Positions 49,396 to 57,168 of a stretch of DNA of 64,000 nucleotides are shown here, one piece after another (the first letter of the stretch is position 1; every line of letters begins with the position of its first letter). Below the pieces are notes generated by a model, which was given only the letters and a program-made list of their open reading frames with translations, searched no databases and had not been told where the DNA came from. The position numbers were made by a program, and so were the translations under genes. Source of the DNA: Bythopirellula sp. (GTDB taxonomy: Bacteria > Planctomycetota > Planctomycetia > Pirellulales > Lacipirellulaceae); NCBI GenBank assembly GCA_965216565.1, contig OZ244170.1, forward strand, positions 4,544,001-4,608,000, given 5' to 3'.

Positions 49396-51267
49396 ATGTC
49401 CAAGGTTTCCACTACCGACCGCATTGTCACGCGGGAAGAACTCAACCGCTCTCTCTGGGGAGCCGCCGACATTCTTCGCGGCACTGTTGACGCGGGTGAC
49501 TTCAAAAATCACATCCTCGCCTTGATGTTTCTCAAGCGATTGAGCGACGTGTTCAAGGAACGCCGTAAGGAAATCATCGACGAGTGGCTGAAAAGCGGAA
49601 AATCTCGTGAGCAAGCCGAGCAAATCGCCGAAGACCCCGACGAGTACACGTCTGGCAGTTACTACATCCCCGAAGGTGCCCGCTGGGACGACTTGATGAA
49701 GGTCGGTGAGAACCGGGCAGAAGCAATCGACAAGGCTTTGCACGCCATCGAGGAGCACAACAATCTGTACCTAGAAGGCGTATTGGCAGGCATCCGCTTC
49801 AACGACGAGCGTCGGTTCGGCGATGCCGTCGAGATGGACTCGATGATGCAGCGGCTGCTCACTCACTTTGGGAACATCCCGCTGGGCAATCGCAACCTTG
49901 CCGAGCCCGACGTGCTAGGCAATGCCTACGAATACCTCATCGAACGTTTTGCCGAAGGCTCAGGAAAGAAGGGTGGCGAGTTCTACACGCCCCGCATGGT
50001 GGTCAAGCTCATCGTCCAACTGCTCAAGCCAGAAGAAGGTATGCGGGTCCATGACCCCACTTGCGGTTCAGGCGGCATGCTCATCGAGTGCGGCAACTAC
50101 GTCATCGACCACGGCGGCGACTATCGCAACATCACGCTCACCGGTCAGGAAAAGAACTACGGCACCTGGAGTATTTGCAAGCTCAACATGCTCTTGCACA
50201 ACTTCCCGGATACCGACATCCGAGCGGGCGACACTATCAACCGCCCACGCTTCGAGACGGCGGGCGTGCTCGACGTGTTCGACCGGGTGATTGCCAATCC
50301 GCCGTTCTCTCTAAAAGAGTGGCATGGCGTTGCTGCCAAGAAGGACAAGAACGAAAAGACCAAGGTCGACAGCAAAGAGGTCCAGGAGAAATTCAAGAAC
50401 GACACCTTTCATCGCTTTACGCGGGGTGTGCCACCGACCACCAAGGGCGACACCGCGTTTTTGCAGCACATGGTTTCGGTCTGCAATGAAAAGGGCAAAG
50501 TCGGAGTCGTCATGCCGCACGGTGTTTTGTTTCGAGGCGGGTCTGAGGCGAAGATTCGCCAGGCCCTACTCGAAGAAGACTTATTCGAGGCAGTAGTTGG
50601 GCTCCCCGAAAAGCTGTTCTTTGGCACGGGCATCCCGGCGTCCATCATTATTCTCAACAAAAACAAGCCTGCTCATCGCAAGGGCAAGGTGCTGTTTGTC
50701 GATGCTTCGCCCGAAGGACTCTACCACGACGGGAAGAATCGCAATTACTTGCGATTGGAAGACGTCTTGCGTGTGACAGCAGTTTTCGACGCTTGGCACG
50801 ATGGCGGAATCCATGAAGAAGCTATTCATGAGCATGTCGACCAACTTGCCACGCAGTGGCTCGAAGCGATTGCCATGCACGAGAGTCGGCAACTGCGAGC
50901 AGCAGAAGGGCAGCCGGAAGATGTTGTCAAACGTATTCAGGACGAAGCTGAAGAAGACTTGTGTGATATTCGCGAAGCTAAAGAACATGTCGAGTTCTGG
51001 CTCAAAAGCAAAGACTCCAGCGGTAAAGAGTTGCCCCCGATGCAACGCACGCCGCTCGAAAAGTTTGCGGCGGTTGCCACGCTCGAAGAGATTGCCGAAG
51101 AGAACGACTACAACCTCAATCTTAGCCGCTATGTCGATTCCACCGAACCGCCGCCGCAACTCGATGTGAAGGCTGAGCTACGAAAACTTCGCGACTTAGA
51201 GAAGAAACGAGACGAAGCTGAGCAGCGGATGAATCGGCTCCTGGAGGAGGTTGGGTATGCCGTCTAA
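49396..51267 (+). CDS. hsdM: Type I R-M methyltransferase subunit
   Basis: LWGAADILRG, GEFYTP, DPTCGSGG (motif I), ANPPF (motif IV), PHGVLFRG, NDYNLNLSRY. Confidence 0.97.
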   Translation: MSKVSTTDRIVTREELNRSLWGAADILRGTVDAGDFKNHILALMFLKRLSDVFKERRKEIIDEWLKSGKSREQAEQIAEDPDEYTSGSYYIPEGARWDDLMKVGENRAEAIDKALHAIEEHNNLYLEGVLAGIRFNDERRFGDAVEMDSMMQRLLTHFGNIPLGNRNLAEPDVLGNAYEYLIERFAEGSGKKGGEFYTPRMVVKLIVQLLKPEEGMRVHDPTCGSGGMLIECGNYVIDHGGDYRNITLTGQEKNYGTWSICKLNMLLHNFPDTDIRAGDTINRPRFETAGVLDVFDRVIANPPFSLKEWHGVAAKKDKNEKTKVDSKEVQEKFKNDTFHRFTRGVPPTTKGDTAFLQHMVSVCNEKGKVGVVMPHGVLFRGGSEAKIRQALLEEDLFEAVVGLPEKLFFGTGIPASIIILNKNKPAHRKGKVLFVDASPEGLYHDGKNRNYLRLEDVLRVTAVFDAWHDGGIHEEAIHEHVDQLATQWLEAIAMHESRQLRAAEGQPEDVVKRIQDEAEEDLCDIREAKEHVEFWLKSKDSSGKELPPMQRTPLEKFAAVATLEEIAEENDYNLNLSRYVDSTEPPPQLDVKAELRKLRDLEKKRDEAEQRMNRLLEEVGYAV

Positions 51268-52558
51268 AGACCATGCACAATCGAATGGAGGCTTTCGCCA
51301 CGTCAAGAATCTAGGGGATATTCCCTCGGATTGGGACGTAGCATTGCTCAGTTCACTCACTTCTCTCGTGACGAGCGGCTCCCGTGGCTGGAGCAAATAC
51401 ATGACAAGTGAGGGGGCGTTTTTTGTTCGCAGCCAAAATATTGGTCTGGGTACGCTTCGATGGGATGATGTTGCTTTCGTTCACCCACCGAATGACCAAG
51501 AAGCGAGCAGGGCACAAATCGAACTCAATGACCTCCTGATTTCCGTGACTGGTGAGCCCGGCAACGTCGCACTCGCTAACGAATCCGTTCGTCATGGATT
51601 CGTTAGCCAACATGTAGCCCTTGTTCGTCTCAAAGACGAGTCGCTAGCCTCTTGGGCAGTCACAGCATTGTCTTCAGCGATTGGCCAGTCACAGTTTCAA
51701 TCTAAGCTTTATGGCCAGACTCGACCGGGGCTCAATCTAGATAATATCGGCGAACTACTTATTCCATTGCCGTCTGAGGCTGAGCGAAGCTTGATTCGCC
51801 GAACCCTAGAAGCTGTGCACGACGCTATCGAACAAACACGGGCGGTGATTGACCAGACCCGCAAACTAAAGACGGCCCTGCTGCAGGACCTACTCACCAA
51901 CGGCCTACCGGGAAGGCATAGCACTTTCTCTACTCACCGATTGGCAGGACGGATTCCCTCAGACTGGACCGTTCAGCCACTCGACGACATTGCCAAAGTC
52001 GTCGACTGCAAACACCGAACGCCCAAGTACCAGGAGGCAGGATTTCCTGTAGTACGTCCTGGCGATGTAAAGGAAGGCAAGCTCGACTTATCTGAATCTC
52101 CCCGCACATGCGAGGCTGAGTTCGAAGACCTCGTTGAAAATTATCGTCCTGTACGCGGTGATATTGTTTACAGCCGCAATGCTTCGTTCGGAGTCGCAGC
52201 CTATGCTGACACCGACGAGCCGTACACTATTGGGCAAGATGTAGTCATCATCACAAGCGATGAGGTATCCAACCAATATCTGTACTTCTTACTCAATTCC
52301 CAGAGTTTCAAGCGTCAACTATATCGACTATCGGCTGGCTCGACGTTTCAGCGAATCAATTTGGACGATATCCGACGTTACTCGATAGCCGTTCCTGATA
52401 ACGACGAGCAAGAACGCATTGCTCATATTCTTTGGCAACTTGACAAGAGAACCGAAGCTGAGAAATCGCGTCTCGAACAACTTCACAGGACAAAGTCGGC
52501 ATTGAGTCAGGAATTGTTGACTGGCCGCGTCCGCGTGCCGACGAAAGGGGGCGAGTGA
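51257..52558 (+). CDS. hsdS: Type I R-M specificity subunit
   Basis: Two TRDs, each starting IPSDW; conserved LKTALLQDLLT and KSALSQELLTGRVRV helices; GGAGG RBS before ATG 51257. Confidence 0.95.
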   Translation: MPSKDHAQSNGGFRHVKNLGDIPSDWDVALLSSLTSLVTSGSRGWSKYMTSEGAFFVRSQNIGLGTLRWDDVAFVHPPNDQEASRAQIELNDLLISVTGEPGNVALANESVRHGFVSQHVALVRLKDESLASWAVTALSSAIGQSQFQSKLYGQTRPGLNLDNIGELLIPLPSEAERSLIRRTLEAVHDAIEQTRAVIDQTRKLKTALLQDLLTNGLPGRHSTFSTHRLAGRIPSDWTVQPLDDIAKVVDCKHRTPKYQEAGFPVVRPGDVKEGKLDLSESPRTCEAEFEDLVENYRPVRGDIVYSRNASFGVAAYADTDEPYTIGQDVVIITSDEVSNQYLYFLLNSQSFKRQLYRLSAGSTFQRINLDDIRRYSIAVPDNDEQERIAHILWQLDKRTEAEKSRLEQLHRTKSALSQELLTGRVRVPTKGGE

Positions 52559-54327
52559 TGGACGAACTTAGACGGCAACTGGCTGAAGTGCTTGCTCAAT
52601 TCGACACTGCTAAAGCCCTAGAGCCCTATGAAGTGCGTTCGGCCCTAGAGCCGGTGAAACAAGCTGCCAAAGAAGCAGACGTAACTGTTGATGAGCTTCG
52701 TTTTGAGTTCATCGCCATGTATTTGGTTCTCTACGACGAGCCGAACGTATGGGGAACGCACGAGGGTCCGGAGTTGTCCGATAAACCACCGCTAGAGTCT
52801 ATCACCAGCGAGTGTGTCGACTACTGGACTGGCCGGATGAGGGAGGCTCGACATCCAGCACTTCGAGCCCGCTATGCTGACCTTGTTTGGGAGTATGGTC
52901 ACAAAGTGGGTCAGCAACGCTCGATTGATGCCGTTCGCATTGCTATCGACGGATACATCGACGTGTGGGCCGCAAATCCCCAGATGTCATTTCACAATTG
53001 GGGCTACATACACGAGCGGGCAGTTAACTTGGCTTTGCAGATTGAGGACGAGGAGCGACTACTGAAAACAGTGAAGAGCCTTCGCGAGTACGCGGCTGCT
53101 GACGTCGAACAAACTGAAAGTGAACACCGAAGGCGGATGCTTCTTTCAATTCTCTTAGGTATCCCACCCAAGCGACGCCCGCAGGAGGAATTTCAGGCCG
53201 TTATTGAAGAGTTTCGAAAGCGACTTGATGAGTTAGACGCTGCCGATGCGGACCAGTTCGCTATTGGAGACTTGGCTTTGCCGTTGGCTCAGCATTACTG
53301 GTCGACTCAACAGAAAGACGAAGCAAAGGTGGTTGTTGGCATTTATGGCAAGGCAGTCGAGAGACTGTCTAAGAATGCCATGGCAATCCTTGCAACCAGT
53401 TGGCTTAAGGACCTTTTTCAGGTCTACAAACGATTCGAAATGCAAGATGACGCAGACAGATTGCTTGGCACGATTCAGCAGAGGTCTGAAGGCGTAACAG
53501 AGGAACTTGCACCGGTATCACATAGCGTCGAAATTCCGGAAGAAGAGTGGAACAAGGTTATCGAAGACCTAACAAGCGGTGCGGTTGACGACGTCCTGCA
53601 CAAGCTAGCCATCAACTTCTTGCCGAACGTGGAAGGTACGGAGAAGTTGGTGAAAGAGTTGGCTTCTCAAACGCAATTCATGAACATCTTTACACAGCAG
53701 GTGACGGCAGAAGATGGGCGAGTCGTCGCCTCGATTGGACCAGTGGCCGAAGATTTGGAAGGTCACGTCGTGTTACAGATGTGTCAGATGATGAAAGCGA
53801 AGGGGCAGATTTACCGACCAGCGATGGAACAAGCGATTACGCGACTGGGATTTAATGCAGGTGACGTAATCAAATGGCTCTCAGGTAGCCCCTTGTTTGA
53901 AGAAGCACGCTATCCGTTGCTGGAATCGGCAGTTGAGGCGTATCTGCGTGAGGATTGGCCCACGGCGATTCACTTGGCAATCCCTCAAATTGAGCATGCC
54001 ATACGCCGAGTACTCGAACTGACCGGTCAACCGACAATAAAGCCGCACCGTAATGGAGGCTTTATGCTCAAGAACCTCGACGACTTACTTCGGGACGCTG
54101 CAACCAAAAAAGTGATACCTGAAGACATTCGCTTCTATCTTCGGACGTTGCTTTGTGACCTTCGGGGAGTGAATGTCCGCAACAATGTCTGCCATGGCAT
54201 CTGGGGACCCGGATTTCTCAACTCGTTTATAGCTGACCGAGTGATTCACGCCGTGCTTGTTATTGGCCTGCTGCGGCCATCAACATCCAGTGGCGACGTT
54301 CCCAACGACGCAGAAGGAGGCGGGTAA
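52555..54327 (+). CDS. DUF4209-like HEPN-domain protein
   Basis: HPALRARYADLVWE N-terminal motif; PQIEHAIR...LDDLL...GVNVRNNVCHG carries the HEPN Rx4H motif. Confidence 0.75.
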   Translation: MMDELRRQLAEVLAQFDTAKALEPYEVRSALEPVKQAAKEADVTVDELRFEFIAMYLVLYDEPNVWGTHEGPELSDKPPLESITSECVDYWTGRMREARHPALRARYADLVWEYGHKVGQQRSIDAVRIAIDGYIDVWAANPQMSFHNWGYIHERAVNLALQIEDEERLLKTVKSLREYAAADVEQTESEHRRRMLLSILLGIPPKRRPQEEFQAVIEEFRKRLDELDAADADQFAIGDLALPLAQHYWSTQQKDEAKVVVGIYGKAVERLSKNAMAILATSWLKDLFQVYKRFEMQDDADRLLGTIQQRSEGVTEELAPVSHSVEIPEEEWNKVIEDLTSGAVDDVLHKLAINFLPNVEGTEKLVKELASQTQFMNIFTQQVTAEDGRVVASIGPVAEDLEGHVVLQMCQMMKAKGQIYRPAMEQAITRLGFNAGDVIKWLSGSPLFEEARYPLLESAVEAYLREDWPTAIHLAIPQIEHAIRRVLELTGQPTIKPHRNGGFMLKNLDDLLRDAATKKVIPEDIRFYLRTLLCDLRGVNVRNNVCHGIWGPGFLNSFIADRVIHAVLVIGLLRPSTSSGDVPNDAEGGG

Positions 54328-55331
54328 TGGAACACGAGCAATTACCCCAATGGGAAGGTGATTTCCGAATACTTGCCCTAGACGGCGGCGGTTTGAGAGG
54401 GCTGTTCTCCGCTGCCGTACTTGCACACTTAGAGCAAGATTTGGACATCAAAATCGCTGACCATTTTGACCTAATCACAGGAACGTCTACTGGCGGAATC
54501 ATCGCCATTGGACTTGGCCTAGGACTGCGTCCAAGCGAACTTGTGGAATTCTACACCGGCAAGGGGCCAGGCATATTCCCTGCGAGCAAGTGGCGACTTG
54601 GTCGATGGCGGAGATTCGCTCGCTGGCTACGACGCCACAAGTACGATAGTGGTCCGCTTGAAAGCTCCTTGAAGGAAGCGATTGGCGACGACTTGTTCGG
54701 CTCCAGTAACAAGCGGCTAGTCATTCCCTCGTTCGACTTAGGCCTCGACCAAGTTCGTGTCTTTCGCACTCCTCACCATCCACGACTTCGCCGCGATTGG
54801 CAATTCCCGGCTTGGAAAGTGGCGATGGCCACAACAGCCGCCCCCACCTACTTTCCTGCATGGAGAGGCATCGACAGCATGCGACTTATCGACGGTGGCG
54901 TTTGGGCAAACAATCCAACTCTCGTTGGCTTGGTCGAAGCAACAAGTACGCTCAATGTTCCCTGGGACTCCATCAAGATTCTCAGCATCGGTACGTGCGA
55001 CGACCTCAATCGTCGTCCAGATGGCTTGGACTTAGGCGGACTGTTGGCTTGGCGTACTGGAGCGGTCAGCGTCATCATGCGAGGCCAAAGCGTCGGAACC
55101 AACAACATTGTCAAGCTCATGCTCAGTAACGACCGCGTGCATCGGCTGGACCCACCGGTACCTGAAGGCCTGTTTGCACTCGATAAATGCACTCAAGATG
55201 AGCACATGGCCTTGGCTGCTCGTGAGAGCCTTCATTTCAGTCCAGTTTTTGACAAGGAGTTCAAGCCTCACAAGGCATCGAATTACAAGCCGCTCTATCC
55301 AGAGCTAGATACCCAAGCCACAACCACCTAA
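54327..55331 (+). CDS. capV: CBASS patatin-like phospholipase effector
   Basis: ILALDGGGLRG, GTSTGG, AAPTYFP, DGGVWANNP; directly upstream of a CD-NTase. Confidence 0.9.
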   Translation: MEHEQLPQWEGDFRILALDGGGLRGLFSAAVLAHLEQDLDIKIADHFDLITGTSTGGIIAIGLGLGLRPSELVEFYTGKGPGIFPASKWRLGRWRRFARWLRRHKYDSGPLESSLKEAIGDDLFGSSNKRLVIPSFDLGLDQVRVFRTPHHPRLRRDWQFPAWKVAMATTAAPTYFPAWRGIDSMRLIDGGVWANNPTLVGLVEATSTLNVPWDSIKILSIGTCDDLNRRPDGLDLGGLLAWRTGAVSVIMRGQSVGTNNIVKLMLSNDRVHRLDPPVPEGLFALDKCTQDEHMALAARESLHFSPVFDKEFKPHKASNYKPLYPELDTQATTT

Positions 55332-55346
55332 CCCAGGAGTACTACC

Positions 55347-56519
55347 ATGGCGACAGCCAACCACATGAATCAATTACTCGAAGAGATTGTAGAGCTGTTA
55401 GATATTCCACCGTCGTACTACGAGAAAGCCAGGGACCGTTATCAGTCTTTGGGTAAATGGTTTCATCGACCTGATTCGTCCGTTCGAGACCACAAACCGG
55501 ACGTCTATATCCAGGGGTCCTTCCGCTATGGGACGGTCATCCGCCCTCTGCTGAAGAACGAGGAGTACGATTTGGACCTTGTTTGTCAACTTGCTCTTTC
55601 CAAGGGCCAAATGTCACAGATGGCACTCAAGGAGTTAGTTGGCGGTGAGGTCAAGTCGTACGCGGACGCTAACGGATTCAAGGACCCTGCTGAAGAGAAG
55701 CCACGCTGCTGGCGTCTCAATTACCAGGACGACGTGAGCTTTCACATGGACATTTTGCCGTCAATTCCCGACGACGAACAGTTCAAAGCATTTCTGATTT
55801 CTCAAGGCATCACAAAAGAATTCGCTGATAAAGCGGTGGCTATCACAGACAACAGACATACTGAGTACGAAAAAGTCTCTGATGACTGGCCGAAGAGCAA
55901 TCCGCGAGGATTCGCCGGTTGGTTTGAGAGCCGAATGAAGACGGTCGCTCAAACACGCCGTGCGATGCTCGTTGCAAATCGAGCTTACGCATCCATCGAC
56001 GATGTCCCTCCCTACGAATGGAAGACGCCGCTCCAACGGTCCATTCAAATCTTGAAACGTCACCGTGATGTGATGTTCCGGAACGACCTAGACCAAAGGC
56101 CAATTTCGATGATTATCACAACGTTGTCCGCTCATGCTTATGGTGGAGAAATTGAGCTGCACACGGCTCTGTCAAACATCGTCGACCGAATGCCTCAATT
56201 TGTGCGTGACAACCTTCCAAGAGTTCCTAACCCAGTCAATCCTGCCGAGGACTTTGCGGACAAATGGGCAAAGGACTCTGGACTAGAGAAGAACTTCTGG
56301 GATTGGCATACGCAGGTCAAGACTGACGTGGACAACCTTTGCCAACCACTCAAAGAAGACCAACTGCAACGTGCAATACGCAGCAGATTCGACGTTGACC
56401 TGTCCTCCAGCCTAGCGAAGCAAGTCGCAGCACTCTCGGGAGGAGCGGTTGCTGCCATCCCCAAGAAGGCACCGACGGTTATACAGTCGGCACCGAAGCC
56501 CTGGAATGGTGATGCTTAG
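55347..56519 (+). CDS. CBASS cGAS/DncV-like nucleotidyltransferase (CD-NTase)
   Basis: LDIPPSYYEKA..RY, QGSFRYGTVIRP, EYDLDLVC, RCWRLNY, FHMDILP, SNPRGF, LQRSIQILKRHRD, NPVNPAEDFADKW. Confidence 0.93.
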   Translation: MATANHMNQLLEEIVELLDIPPSYYEKARDRYQSLGKWFHRPDSSVRDHKPDVYIQGSFRYGTVIRPLLKNEEYDLDLVCQLALSKGQMSQMALKELVGGEVKSYADANGFKDPAEEKPRCWRLNYQDDVSFHMDILPSIPDDEQFKAFLISQGITKEFADKAVAITDNRHTEYEKVSDDWPKSNPRGFAGWFESRMKTVAQTRRAMLVANRAYASIDDVPPYEWKTPLQRSIQILKRHRDVMFRNDLDQRPISMIITTLSAHAYGGEIELHTALSNIVDRMPQFVRDNLPRVPNPVNPAEDFADKWAKDSGLEKNFWDWHTQVKTDVDNLCQPLKEDQLQRAIRSRFDVDLSSSLAKQVAALSGGAVAAIPKKAPTVIQSAPKPWNGDA

Positions 56520-57168
56520 GTCGTTGCAACAACATTATGAGAAGTGGGAGCTATATTCGCTACTTCAGAACCAGATGGGCCTCGCACTACGACCGAGCCA
56601 TAACGGAGAAACCGTAATTGCTGGCGAGTTGGAGTTCACTGCACGGCAACCCGACTATGAAGACATCACCGATACCTACGAAATTGAAATACGCGTACCC
56701 CAAGACTTTCCACGTAGTGTACCCGCGGTACGGGAATTGGGGGGGCGAATTCCTAAGTCGTTCCATACTCATACGGATAGGACTCTTTGTCTTGGTTCGC
56801 CTGTTCGGCTTCAACTCGAAATCAGTAAGGCACCCACTCTGCCTGAGTTCGTCAGGAATTGCGTCGTCCCTTATTTGTATGGATACAGCCATAAGGAACT
56901 GCACGGTACGTTGCCACAGGGAGAGCTGTCCCATGGAAGAAAGGGTCGCATTGAAGACTATCAGGCAATCTTTCATCAAAAGAATGAGAAACAATGCATG
57001 GAAATGATTCGGCTAGCATCTCTCAAGAAACGCGTGGCCAATAAACAGCCCTGTTTTTGCGGCGATAAGAATCGATTAGGTAAATGTCATAACAAGAAGG
57101 TCAACCATTTGCGGCGACGGCTGGGAAGAACTTGGTTCGCAACAGAATACGCGAGTTTGAAACGATGA
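56512..57168 (+). CDS. Stand-alone prokaryotic E2 (ubiquitin-conjugating-like) protein with C-terminal SEC-C motif
   Basis: YEIEIRVPQDFPRSVP..E..GRIP..FH....LCLG E2 core with catalytic Cys; PCFCG......KCH SEC-C-like motif. Start ATG 56506 or 56512, overlapping the CD-NTase stop. Confidence 0.8.
   Translation: MLRSLQQHYEKWELYSLLQNQMGLALRPSHNGETVIAGELEFTARQPDYEDITDTYEIEIRVPQDFPRSVPAVRELGGRIPKSFHTHTDRTLCLGSPVRLQLEISKAPTLPEFVRNCVVPYLYGYSHKELHGTLPQGELSHGRKGRIEDYQAIFHQKNEKQCMEMIRLASLKKRVANKQPCFCGDKNRLGKCHNKKVNHLRRRLGRTWFATEYASLKR

Noticed and set aside
47876..52558. Phase-variable hsdS shufflon (two hsdS-like genes)
   Set aside because: Both genes are co-oriented, and I saw no flanking inverted repeats or adjacent invertase.
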